The position numbers and the translations under genes are program-made. From the human T2T-CHM13v2.0 reference genome, Homo sapiens: a stretch of DNA of 64,000 nucleotides. Numbering within the stretch: the first letter of the stretch is position 1; every line of letters starts with the position of its first letter. The stretch is taken from assembly GCF_009914755.1 (NCBI RefSeq), contig NC_060935.1. One strand, 5' to 3'. Positions 45,760 to 59,235 of this stretch are shown in pieces. The notes beneath the pieces are model-generated. The model saw nothing but the letters and a program-made list of their open reading frames with translations, searched no databases and was not told the DNA's origin.

Positions 45760-48700
45760 TTAATTAATGTATTTTTTAACTTTTAGGTTTGGGGGTACCT
45801 GTGAAGGTTTGTTACATAGCTAAACATGTGTCATGGGGGTTTGTTGTACAGATTATTTCATCCCCCTGGTATTAAGCCTAGTACCCAATAATTAGCTATC
45901 TTTTCTGCTCCTCCCCCTCCTTCTACTCCCACCCTCAAGTAGACCCTGGTGTCTGTTGTTTCCTTCTTTGTGTTCATAAGTTATCATTTAGCTCCCACTG
46001 AAAAGTGAGAATATGTGGTATTTGGTTTTCTGTTCCTGCATTAGCTTGCTAAGGATAATAGCTTCTGGCTCCATTCATGTTCCTGCAAAAGACATCATCT
46101 CATTCTTTTTTATGGCTGCATAGTATTCCATGGTGTATATGTACCACATTTTCTTTATCTAATCTGTTATTGACGGGCATTTAGGCTAATTCCTTGTCTT
46201 TGCTATTGTGAATAGTGCTGCAGTGAACATATGCGTACGTGTGAAATGTGGAACACTGCATGTGAGTATGTGAAATTCCAATAATTCATGGTCTTTATGG
46301 TATAATGATTTATATTCCTCTGGGTATATACCCAATAATGGGATTGATAGGTTGAATGGTAGTTCTGCTTTTAGCTTTTTGAGGAATCACCATACTGCTT
46401 TCCACAATGTTTGAACTAATTTACACTCCCACCAACAGTGTATAAGTGTTCCATTTTCTACTGAGTCTTGCCAGCATCTGTTATTTTTTGACTCTTTAGT
46501 AATAGCCATTCTGACTAGTATGAGATAGTATCTCATTGTGGTTTTGATTTGCATTTCTCTAGTGATAAGGGATACTGAGCTTTTTTCATATGCTTCTTGG
46601 CTGTACTTCTTTTGAGAAGTGTCTGTTCATGTCCTTTGCCCGCTTTTTAATGGGGTTGTTTGTTTTTCCCTTGTAAATTTTTTTAATTCCCTTATAGATA
46701 ATGGATATTAGACCTTTGTCAGATGCGTAGTTTGCAAAATTTTTCTCTCATTCTGTAGACCGTCTGTTTACTCTGTCAAGAGTTTCTTTTGCTGTGCAGG
46801 AGCTCTTTAGTTTAATTAGATCCCACTTATCAATTTTTGCTTTCATTGTGATTGATTTTGTTGTCTTTGTCATGAAATATTTGCCGGTTCCTGTGTCCAG
46901 GTTGGTATAGCCTAGGTTGTCTTCCAGGGTTTTTATAGTTTTAGGTTTTACATTTAAGTCTTTAATCCATTTTGAGTTGATTTTTGTGTATAGTGAAAGG
47001 AAGGGGTCCAGCCTCGGTCTTCTGCATATGGCTAGCCAGTTATCCCAGCATCATTTACTGAATAGGGAGTCTTTTCCCCATTGCTTGTTTTTGTCAGCTT
47101 TGTTGAAGATCAGATGCTCATAGATGTGTGGCCTTATTTGTGGGCTATTTTGTTCCATTGGTCTATGTGCCTATTTTTGTACCAGTACCATGCTGTTTTG
47201 GTTACTGTAGTCTTGTAGTATAGTTTGAAGTTGGGTAACATGATGCCTCAAGCTTTGTTCTTTTCGCTTAGGATTACCTTGGCTATTCAGGCTCTTTTTT
47301 TGGTTCCATATGAATTTTAAAATAGTTTCTTCTAGTTCTGTGAAGAATGTCATCGATAGTTAGATAGGAATAGCATTAAATCTGTAAATTGCTTTGGGCA
47401 GTATAGCCATTTTAATAATACTGATTCTTCCTATGAGCAGGGGATTTTTTTCCAAGGGCCAAATGTCCCATGTTTATTTACATATGAAATGTGTTTCATA
47501 CAATTATGATGGATGGAGTACATAACACCTGACAGCAGCAAGACTGTTCGAGGAACTGAATTTTGACTACAGTGTATCATGCAAGTATCTATATATACAC
47601 AAAAGAATTCCTTTTCTTAAAAAAAGAGTACAAAACATGTTCAGGGATAAATACAAGATATAAAATGCAAAAGAAAACACAAAACAAAACCAAAAAATAG
47701 AACTCTCTCAGAGAACTATAAATGGAAGGGACAGAAGAGTACCTCTGCTGCATTATAATAAAGCAGAGCTACCGATGTTAAATATACTTCTTGAAATGGC
47801 TGAACTAAACCTGGGTGGCTCAGTGCTTAAGGTAATGGCCAATTGCAATACACAGGTGGCTGCATTGATAAGTCGGTGGTTGAAATTGTGCATCCCGACT
47901 CTAAGTACCAGAACGTTTGGCAGTAGCATCCAGAACAGGAAACGCCAACTCTTTTGACAGCAAAGAGTTAGGTCAGCTGATTTTTTCTGTCAAGAGCCAG
48001 AGAAATACTTGATATTCTTAGTTGTGTTTCTGTAACAGTTAATAAATTACATGACAAAAACCTGACTATATAAATCTATTGGTCTAACTACGTATTTGTA
48101 ACTTTTATAGTAGTCCAGCCCTTTCGTTACTTTCCCTCCTTGTGCTCTTAAAGCCAGGCTTGCAGATCTGCCTAGAAAACAAGTCCTATTTTTTTCTTTA
48201 GAATAGCCTTCCCCATTCCTCAAAATGGAACTGAGGAAATCAGCATTCCTTATTAGATTCCTGGCTTCAGTTTTTATCCACGGCTGGGAAAGGAGCGACC
48301 TGCAAGGTGAGCAGGGGATGTTTTGCCATTTGTTTGTGTCTTCTTTGATTTCTTCAAGCAGTGTTTTGTAATTCTCATTGTAGAGATCTTTTACCTCCCT
48401 GGTTAGCTGTATTCCTAGGTATTTTATTCTTTTTGTGGCAACTGTGAATGGGATTGCATTTCTGATTTGGCTTTCAGTTTGGTTGTTGTTGGTGTATAGG
48501 AAAGCTAGTGATTTTTGTACATTGATTTTGTAGCCTGCAACTTTGCTGAAGTCATTTATCAGGTGAAGGAGCTTTTTGTCCAAGACTACGGTTTTCTAGA
48601 TATAGAATCATGTTGTCTGCAAACAGAGATAGTTTGACTCCCTCTCTTCTTATTTGGATGGCCTTTATTTCTTTCTCTCACTTGATTGCCCTGGCTAGGA

Positions 48701-48772
48701 CTTCTAATACTATGTAGAATAGAAATGGTGAAAGAGGGCTTCCTTGTCTTGTGCCAGTTTTCAAGGGGAATG
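45760..48772 (-). mobile_element. Older L1P, 5'-truncated, interrupted by mRNA-derived insert
   Basis: Antisense L1 3' UTR and ORF2 fragments. Confidence 0.9.
47450..48307 (-). pseudogene. Retrocopied distal 3' UTR fragment, CCND2-like
   Basis: Non-L1 ~860-bp insert; TSD tgagcaggggat(t/g)tttt (47434-47450/48308-48324); minus-strand AATAAA ~20 nt from the end (gtaaataaacatgggacatttggccc). CCND2 identity is from recall. Confidence 0.7.
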
Positions 48773-49421
48773 TGAAGCTAAATTATTTCAACACTGCACA
48801 AAAGAGCCTCTATAAACTGGTTTCTTGGTCCTTAAAGAATCATTCAATTTTGACAGCATCCTTGCTTTCTGGAAATATTAAGTTTATGTTGGATCTTTTT
48901 TCTGTTTCCAAAGTTTAGGTAAACTTCCTCCAATAAGCCCTGGTTCCTCCAGTAAGCCCTGGTTCCTTCTGTGGTGAGCAGTATTCATGATTAAAATCTG
49001 GGCTTAGGGAGTAGCAAAAATGTTTGTGGTAGGCAAAAGTTCTGCTGCTGTTGGGCTACTTTTAGTGATCAAACTGGAAAAGATATTTCTTTTTTTTAAG
49101 GTTAGGAACTCACATAGTGTTTATCTTTTGTAACATGCTCTCAAAGAGGTCAATTGTTCAAAATATTAGAGGGCTTCTTCAGTTTTCCAAAAGACATTTC
49201 TTAATCCTTCTTATTGAAAATATTGTCTTGAAAGTCCTAATGTTTCCTCATGCAGGCTGCATGAAGGAACCAGGGCTTTCTTTCTCTCTCTTGCTTGATT
49301 GCTCTGGCTAGGACTTCTAATACTATGTAGAATAGAAATGGTGAAAGAGGGCTTCCTTGTCTTGTGCCAGTTTTCAAGGGGAATGTGAAGCTAAATTATT
49401 TCAACACTGCACAAAAGAGCC

Positions 49422-50638
49422 ACTGCTTCATAAGGCTCAAGCCATAAACCTTGGCAGTGTTCATGTGGTGGTAAGTCTGCAGATGTACAGAATGCAAGAG
49501 TGGTGCAGGCTTGGCAGCTTCCACCTGGATTTCAGAGGATGTATGGCAACGCCTGGGTGCCCAGGCAGAAGCCTGCCGCAGGGGTAGAGTCCCCACAGAA
49601 AGCCTCTACTACGGCAGTGCCAAGGGAGAATGAGGGATTGGAGCCCTCACACAGTCACTACTGGGGCACTGCTTACTGGACCTGTGGGAAAGGTGCTGCT
49701 CCCCTCCAGACCCCAGAATTGTAGAGCCACTGACAGTGTGCACTCTTGAAGCTGCGTGCATTCTACTCCAACTGGTAAGAGCAGACACAGGGGATATGCC
49801 CAGCAAAACCACAGGGGTGGAGCTGCCCAAGGCCTTGAGAGCTTACCATTTGCACCTGTGTGTCCAGAATGAGGGACATGGAGTCAAAAATTATTTGGGA
49901 GTTTTAAGACTTAATGTCTTCTCTTCTTGGTTTCAGACTTGGGTGGGGCCTGTTAACCCTTTCTTTTGGCCAATTTTTCCCTTTTGAAATGGGAGTGTTT
50001 ATCCAATGCCTGTACCACCATTGTATTGTGGAATAACTTATTTTTCAATTTTACAGGCTCACGGCTATAAGGAACTTGACTTGAGTCTCAGATGAGACTT
50101 TTAACTTTGGAATTTTGAGTTGTTGTTGGAAGGAGTTAAGATTTTGGGGGACTATCAAGAATAAGTGTATTTTGCAATGTCAGAAGGACATGAGATTTGG
50201 GGAGCCAGTGGCAGAATGACATAGTTTGGATGATTGTCCCTTCCAAATCTCATGTTGAAATATGATCCTCATTGTTGAAGGTGGGGCCTAGTAGGAAGTG
50301 TTTGGGTCATGGAGGCGGATCCTCCATGAATGTCTTGGTGCCATCTTCATGGGTAATGAGTAAGTTCTCACTTTACTAGTTCATGTGAGAGCTGAGTGCC
50401 AAAACGATCCTGGCACCTTCTCCCCTCTCTCTTGCCCGCTCTCTCGCCATGTGACATGCCTTCTCCCCCTTCATCTTCCACTATGATTGTAGACTTCTTG
50501 AGGCCCTCACCAGCAGAAGGTGATGGCAGTATCATTCTTGTACAGTTGGCAGAACTGTGAGCCAAAATAAACCTCTTTTCTTTATAAATTACCCAACCTC
50601 AGGTATTCCTTTATAGAAAGGCAAAATGAACGAATACA
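49422..50638 (+). mobile_element. MST internal 3' part plus MSTB-like LTR (50217-50638)
   Basis: tgacatagtttggatgattgtccc...gaacgaataca. Confidence 0.8.
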
Positions 50639-53074
50639 TCTGATAATTAGTGATGTTTTTCATTTTTAGTATGTTTGTTGGTCACTTATATGTCTTCTTT
50701 TGAAAAATATCTGTTTTTGCCCTTTGTCTACTTTTTAATGGGGCTATTTGTTAGATTGTGGATATTAACCCTTTGTCAGATGCATAATTTGCAAATATTT
50801 TTTCCTATTCTGTAGGTTGTCTTGTTTACTCTGTTGCTTTTTTCCTTTGCTGTGCAGAAGTATTTTTTTGTTTAATTAAGTCTCATTTGTCTATTTTTGT
50901 TTTTGTTGCAGTTGCTTTTGAAGACTTGGTCATAAATTCTTTTCCTAGGCTAGGTACAGAAGAATTTTTCTTAGGTTTTCTTCTAAGAATTTTATAGTTT
51001 CAGATCTTACATTTAGGTCTCTAATCCATCTTCAGTTAATTTATATATATGGTGAAAAGTTTTGGTTCAGTTTCATTCTTCTGTATATGGCTATCCAATT
51101 TTCCCAGCACCATTTATTGAATAGGATGTCCTTTCCCCAATGTATATTTTTGCTGACTTTGTCAAAGATCAATTGATTGTAAGTATGTGGCTTATTTCTG
51201 GGTTTTTCATTCTGTTACATTGATCTATGTGCCTATTTTTTGTACCAGTACCATGCTGTTTTGGTTACTATAGCATTGTTGTATAATTTGAAGTCAGGTA
51301 ATGTGATGCCTCCAGCGTTATTCTTTTTGCTTAGGATTTCTTTGGCTATTTGGGCTCCTTTTTGGTTCCGTATGAATTATAGGATTGTTGGTAGAAAATG
51401 ACATTGGTAATTCGATAGATATTACATTGAATCTGTAGGTTGCTTTGGGCAGTATAATCATTTTAACAATATTGGTTCTTCTAATCCATGAGCATGGGAT
51501 GTTTTTCAATTTGCTTGTGTTGTCTATGACTTCTTTCATCAGTGCTTTGCAGTTCTCCTTGCAGAGATCTTTCACCTCCTTGTTTAAATATATTCCTAGG
51601 TATTTTTTGCAGCTATTGTAAATGAGATTGCTTTCATGATTTGGTCCACAGCTAGATCATTATTGGTGTATAGAAATCCTACTGATTTCTGCACATTAAT
51701 TTTGTGCCCTGAAACTTTACTGAATTTATCAAAGCTGAGAGTTTTTTTGGTGAAGTCTTTAAGGTTTTCTAGATATAAGATCATATAATCAGGGAACAGG
51801 GATAATTTGACTTCTTCTTTTCCATTTGGGTGGCTTTTATTGTTTTTCTCTTGCCTGATTTCTCTGGCAAGGACTTCTAGTACTATGGTGAATAGGAATG
51901 GTGAGAGTGGACACCCTTGTCTTGTTCCAGTTCTTAGAGGGACTACCTTAAACTTTTCCCCATTAAGAATGAGTTTCCCTACTGCAGGAAAAAGGCATTG
52001 AAAAAAAAGAGTGAGTTGCCTGTGGGTTTGTCATATATTGCTTTTATTATGTTGAAGAATATTCCTTCTATGGCTAGTTTCTTGTGGATTTTTACTGTAA
52101 AGGGATGCTAAATTTTACAGAATTTTTTTGCATCTATTGAGATGACCATTTGGTTTTGTCCTTAATGCTGTTTATGTGATGTATCACATTTATTGATTTG
52201 TGTATATTGAATCATTCTTGCATCCCTGGGAAAACCTCACCTGACCAGGGTGTATTATCTTTTGGATGTGCTGTGGGATTTGATTTGACAGTATTTTGTT
52301 GAGGATTTTGCATCCTATGTTCATCAGGGATATTGGTCTGTAGTTTTCTTGTTTTATTGTCCTTGTCTGGTTTTGGTACCAGTATGATACTGGCTTCATA
52401 GAATGAGTTAGGGAGAATTCCCTCTTCCTCAATTTTTTGGAGTAGTCTCAGGAGAATTGACGTTAGTTCTTTGTATGTTTGGCAGATTTGGCTGTGAATA
52501 TGTCTGGCCCAGGGCTTTTTATTTTCCCCTTTTGGAGATTTTTCGTTATTATTGGTTCAGTCTTGCTACTTATTATTGATTTGTTCAGAAGTTTTATTTC
52601 TTCCTGGTTCAATCTCAGGAGGCCATATGTTTCCAGGAATTTATTCATTTTCTGTATGTCTTCTAGTTTATGAGCACATAGTTGTTCATAATAGTCTCTG
52701 ATGGTCTTATTTTCTTCTGCTAACTTTAAATTTTATTTGATCTTGGTTTTTCTAGATGCTTGAGTTGTGAAATTAGGTTGTTAATTTGTGATCTTTCTAC
52801 TTTTTTGATGTAGGGATTTAATGCTACAAACTTCCCTTTTAGCACTGCTTCTGCTATATTTCACAGGTTTTCATATGTTGTGTTTTCATTTTCATTTATT
52901 TAAAAGAATTTAATTTTCTTCTTAATTTCTTCATTAATTCAGTGATAATTCAGGAGCATGCTGTTTAATTTCCATGTATTTGTATAGTTTTTGAAGTTCC
53001 TCTTGGCATTGTCTCCTAGCTTTATTCCACTGTGGTCTGAGAAGATACTTGATATGATTTTGATTTTTCAAAAT

Positions 53075-53371
53075 TTATTTGTTTGTTTTAGAGATGGGGG
53101 TCTCACTTTGTTGCCCAGGCTAGAGTGCAGTTGCACATTCATAGCTCACAGCAGCCTTAAACTCCTGGGCCCAAGCAACCTTCCTGCCTCAGCCTCCTGA
53201 GTAACTAGAACTTCAGGCATGTGCCACCATGCCTGGCTATTTTTAAATTTTTTTTTGTAGAGATGGGGCCTCCTATGTTGCCCAGGTTGGTCTCTAATGC
53301 CTGACTTCAAGCAGTCCTGCCTTGGTCTCCCAAAGTGCTGAGATTATAGTCATGAACCACTGTGCCTGGCC
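53075..53371 (-). mobile_element. AluJ
   Basis: Diverged antisense Alu. Confidence 0.9.
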
Positions 53372-53747
53372 TAAACATTTGTTAAAACTTGTTTTTTGGC
53401 CTCATGTGGTCTATCTTGGAGGATGTTCTATGTTCTGATAAAAAGAATGTATATTCTGTAGTTGTTTGGTAGAATGTTCTGTAAATGTCTATTAAGTTCA
53501 TTTGGTCTAAAGTCCAATTTAACTGTAATGTTTCTTTATGAATTTTTGTCTCAATGATCTGTCTAGTGCTGTTAGTAGGATGTTGAAGTCCCCCACAATT
53601 ATTGTATTGCTGTCTGTTTCTTTCTTTAGGTATAGTAACATTTTGTTTTGTGAATTTGGGTGCCCTGATGTGGGGTGCATATATATTTGGAAGTATTATA
53701 TCCCCTTGCTGAATGGATCCCTGTATAATTACATAATGACCTTCTTT

Positions 53748-54341
53748 TTAAAAATAATAATAATAATTATTATTTTTTAAGTTCTGGGGTACATGTGCAG
53801 GATGTGCAAGTTTGTTATGTAGGTAAACCTGTGCCATGGTATTTTTCTGCACCTATCAACCATCACCTAGGTATTAAGCCCAGCATGCATTATCTCTTTT
53901 CCCTAATGCTCTCACCTCCAACCTTCCCTGGCAGGCTCCAGTAAGTGTTGTTCCTCTCTCCGTGTCTATGTGTTCTCATTGTTTAGCTCCCACTTATAAG
54001 TGAGAACATGTGGTGTTTGGTTTTCTGTTCTGTTTGCTGAGAATAATGGCCCCCAGCTTCATCCATGTCCCTGCAAAGGACATGATCTCATTCCTTTCTA
54101 TGGGTTCATAGTTTTCTGTGGTGTATATGTACCACATTTTCTTTATCCAGTCTATCACTGATGGGCATTTGAGTTGATTCCATGTCTTTGCTATTGTGAA
54201 TAGTGCTGCAGTGAACATACACATGCATATATCTTCATAATAGAATAATTTATATTCCTTTGGGCATATACCAGTAATGGGATTCCTGGGTCAAATGGTA
54301 TTTCTGGTTCTAAATCTTTAAAGAATTGCCACACTGGGTTC
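53748..54341 (-). mobile_element. Short L1PA 3' end nested in older L1
   Basis: 16-bp TSD cataatgaccttcttt (53732-53747/54342-54357). Confidence 0.9.
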
Positions 54342-54411
54342 CATAATGACCTTCTTTGTCTTTCTTTTCTTTTTTTCCTTTTTACTGCTTTTGATTTAAA
54401 GTCTTCTTCTT

Positions 54412-54709
54412 CTTTTTTTTTTTTTTTTGAGACAGAGTCTCATCCCTTTGCCCAGTCTGGAGTGCAGTGGCAGAATCATAGTTCACTGTAGCCTCAAACT
54501 CTTGGGCTCTAGGGGTCCTCCCACCTCAGCCTCCTGAGTGGGTAGCACTACAGGTGCATGCCAGAACATCCAGATAGTCTTTAAAATATTTCACAGAGAA
54601 GGGATTTCCTTATGTTGCCAGGCTGATCTTGAACTCCTGGATGCAAGCAATCCTCCTGCCTTGGCCTCCCAAAATTTGGGATTAAAGGCATGCACCACTG
54701 CACCTAGCC
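54412..54709 (-). mobile_element. AluJ
   Basis: Diverged antisense Alu. Confidence 0.9.
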
Positions 54710-54718
54710 TAAAATCTG

Positions 54719-55672
54719 TGTATTGTTCCATTTTCACACTGCTAATAAAGACATAACGGAGACTGGGGAAAAAAGAAGTTTAACGGACTTACAGTTCTGC
54801 ATGGCGGGGGAGGCCTCACAATCATGGCAGAATGCAAGGAAGTGCAAGTCACATCTTACATGGTTGGCAGCAGGCAAAGACAGAGAGCTTGTGCAGTGAA
54901 ACTCCTCTTTATAAACCCATCAGATCTTGTGAGTCTTATTCACTATCAGCATGAGAAGACTGCGTGAGTATCATGAGCAATATGAGAAAGACCCAACCCC
55001 ATCATTCAATTACCTCCCACTGAGTCCCTCCCATGACATTTGGGAACTGTGGGAGTTACAATTCAAGATGAGATTCGGGTAGGGACACATCTAAACCATA
55101 TAATTCCCTCCCTGGCCCTCTCCAAATCTCCTGCCCTCAAATTTCAAAAGCAATCATGCCTTCCCAACAGTCCCCCAAAGTCTTAACTCATTTCAACATT
55201 AACTCAAAAGTCCACAGTCCAAAGTCTTATCCAAGACAAGGCAAGTCCCTTCCACCTATGAGCCTGTAAAATCAAAAGCAAGTTAGTTACTTCCTAGATA
55301 ATGAAGGTACAGGCACTGGGTAAATATAGCCATTCCAAATGGGAGAAACTGGCCAAAACATAGGGGCTACAGGCCTCATACAAGTCCAAAATCCAGCGGG
55401 GCAGTCAAATCTTAAAGTTCTAAAATGATCTCCTTTTATTCTATGTCTTGCATCTGGGTCACGCCAATGCAAGAGGTGGGTCTCCATGGTGTTGGGCAGC
55501 CCTGCCCCTGTGGCTTTACAGGGTACAGCCTGCCTTCTGGCTGCTTTCACGGACTGGTATTGAGTGTCTGTGGCTTTTCCAGGTGCGTGGTGCAAACTGT
55601 AGGTGGATTTACTATTATGGGTTCTGGAGGACAGTGGCCCTCTTCTCACAGCTCCACTAGGCAGTGCCCCAG
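54719..55672 (-). mobile_element. THE1 LTR (~54719-55103) plus truncated internal region
   Basis: Same layout as 24614-25392; ends abruptly at 55672. Confidence 0.85.
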
Positions 55673-58170
55673 GTATCATGCAAGTATCTATATATACACA
55701 AAAGAATTCCTTTTCTTTTATTTTTTTATTATTATACTTTAAGTTTTAGGGTACATGTGCACAATGTGCAGGTTAGTTACATATGTATACATGTGCCATG
55801 CTGGTGCGCTGCACCCACTAACTCGTCATCTAGCATTAGGTATATCTCCCAATGCTATCCCTCCCCCCTCCCCCCACCCCACAACAGGCCCCAGAGTGTG
55901 ATGTTCCCCTTCCTGTGTCCATGTGTTCTCATTGTTCAATTCCCACCTATGAGTGAGAACATGCGGTGTTTGTTTTTTTGTTCTTGCAATAGTTTACTGA
56001 GAATGATGATTTCCAATTTCATTCATGTCCCTACAAAAGACGTGAACTCATCATTTTTTATGGCTGCATAGTATTCCATGGTGTATATGTGCCACATTTT
56101 CTTAATCCAGTCTATCATTGTTGGACATTTGGGTTGGTTCCAAGTCTTTGCTATTGTGAATAATGCCGCAATAAACATATGTGTGCATGTGTCTTTATAG
56201 CAGCATGATTTATAGTCCTTTGGGTATATACCTAGTAATGGGATGGCTGGGTCAAATGGTATTTCTAGTTCTAGATCCCTGAGGAATCGCCACACTGACT
56301 TCCACACTGGTTGAACTAGTTTACAGTCCCACCAACAGTGTAAAAGTGTTCCTATTTCTCCACATCCTCTCCAGCACCTGTTGTTTCCTGACTTTTTAAT
56401 GATTGCCATTCTAACTGGTGTAAGATGATATCTCATTGTGGTTTTGATTTGCATTTCTCTGATGGCCAGTGATGGTGATCATTTTTTCATGTGTTTTTTG
56501 GCTGCGTAAATGTCTTCTTTTGAGAAGTGTCTGTTCATATCCTTTGCCCACTTTTTGATGGGGTTGTTTGTTTTTTTCTTGTAAATTTGTTTGAGTTCAT
56601 TGTAGATTCTGGATATTAGCCCTTTGTCAGAAGAGTAGGTTGCGAAAATTTTCTCCGATTTTGTAGGTTGCCTGTTCACTCTGCTGGTAGTTTCTTTTGC
56701 TGTGCAGAAGCTCTTTAGTTTAATTAGATCCCATTTGTCAATTTTGGCTTTTGTTGCCATTGCTTTTTGCGTTTTAGTCATGAAGTCTTTGCCCATGCAT
56801 ATGTCATGAATGGTATTGCCTAGGTTTTCTTCTAGGGTTTTTATGGTTTTAGGTCTTACAGTTAAGTCTTTAATCCATCTTGAGTTAATTTTTGTATAAG
56901 GTGTAAGGAAGGGGTCCAGTTTCAGCTTTCTACACATGGCTAGCCAGTTTTCTCAATACCATTTATTAAATAGGGAATCCTCTCCCCATTGCTTGTTTCT
57001 GTCAGGTTTGTCAAAGATCATATGGTTGTAGATGTGTAGTGTTATTTCTGAGGCCTCTGTTCTGTTCCATTTGTTTGTATCTCTGTTTTGGCACCAGTAC
57101 CATGCTGTTTTTGTTACTATAGCCTTGTAATATAGTTTGAAGTCAGGTAGCATGATGCCTCCGGCTTTGTTCTTTTGGCTTAGGATTGTCTTGGCTATGT
57201 GGGCTCTTTTTTGGTTCCATATGAAATTTAAGGTAGTTTTTTTCTAATTCTGTGAAGAAAGTCAGTGGTAGCTTGATGGGGATAGCATTGAATGTGTAAA
57301 TTACTTTGGGCAGTATGGCCGTTTTCACAATATTAATTCTTCCTATCCATGAGCATGGAATGTTTTTCCATTTGTTTGTGTGCTTATTTCCTTGAGCAGT
57401 GGTTTGTAGTTCTCCTTGAAGAGGTCTTTCATGTCCCTTGTAAGTTGTATTCCTAGGTATTTTATTCTCTTTGTAGCAATTGTGAATGGGAGTTCACTCA
57501 TGGTTTGGCTCTCTGTTTGTCTATTATTGGTGTGTAGGAATTCTTGTGATTTTTGCACATTGATTTTGTATCCTGAGACTTTGCTGAAGTTGCTTATCAG
57601 CTTAAGGAAATTTTGGCTGAGACGATGGGGTTTTCTAAATATACAATCATGTCATCTGCAAACAGAGACAATTTGACTTCCTCTTTTCCGAATTGAATAC
57701 CCTTTATTTCTTTCTCTTGCCTGATTGGCCTGGCCAGAACTTCCCATACTATTTTGAATAGGAGTGGTGAGAGAGGGCATCCTTGTCTTGTGCTGGTTTT
57801 CAAAGGGTATGCTTCCAGTTTTTGCCCATTCAGTAAGATATTGGCAGTGGGTTTGTCATAAATAGCTCTTATTATTTTGAGATACATTCTATCAATACCT
57901 AGTTTATTGAGAGTTTTTAGCATGAAAAGCTGTTGAATTTTGTCAAAGGCCTTTTCTGCATCTAGTGAGATAATCATGTGGTTTTTGTCATTGGTTCTGT
58001 TTATGTGATGGATTACCTTTATTGATTTGCATGTATTGAACCAGCCTTGCATCCCTGGGATGAGGCCAACTTGATCCTGTTGGATAAGCTTTTTGATCTG
58101 CCACTGGATTCAGTTTGCCAGTATTTTATTGAGGATTTTTACATCAGTGTTCATTAGGGATATTGGCTTA

Positions 58171-58269
<99 letters not shown>

Positions 58270-58882
58270 TTAGGATAGTTTCAGAAGGAATGGGACCAGC
58301 CCCTGTTGGTACCTCTGGTAGAATTCAGCTGTGAATCCATCTGGTCCTAGATTTTTTTGGTTGGTAGGCTATTAATTACTGTTTTAGTTTCAGAACTTGT
58401 TATTGATCTACTCAGGGATTTGACTTCTTCCTGGTTCAGTCTCAGGAGGGTGTACGTGTCCAGGCATTTATCCATTTCTTCTAGATTTTCTAGTTTATTT
58501 GTGTAGAGGTGTTTATAGTATTCTCTGATGGTAGTTTGTATTTCTGTGGGATCGTTGGTGATATCCCCTTTATCATTTTTTATTGCATGTATTTGATTCT
58601 TCTCTCTTTTCTTCCTTATTGGTCTGGCTAACAGTCTATCTATTATGTTGATCTTTTCAAAAAACCAGCTCCTGGATTCATTGATTTCTTTTTTATGGGT
58701 TTTTCATGTCTCTGTCTCCTTCAGTTCTGCTCTGATCTTAGTTATTTCTTGTCTTCTGCTAGCTTTTGAATTTGTTTGCTGTTGCTTCTCTAGTTCTTTT
58801 AATTGTGATGTTAGGGTGTTGATTTTAGATCTTTCCTGCTTTCTCTTGTGGGCTATAAATTTTCCTCTACACACTGCTTTAA

Positions 58883-59235
<353 letters not shown>

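Larger units (their letters stand above)
50639..54400 (-). mobile_element. Old L1 (L1PB/L1MA-like) ORF2 region with nested insertions
   Basis: Degenerate ORF2 fragments on minus strand. Confidence 0.85.
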
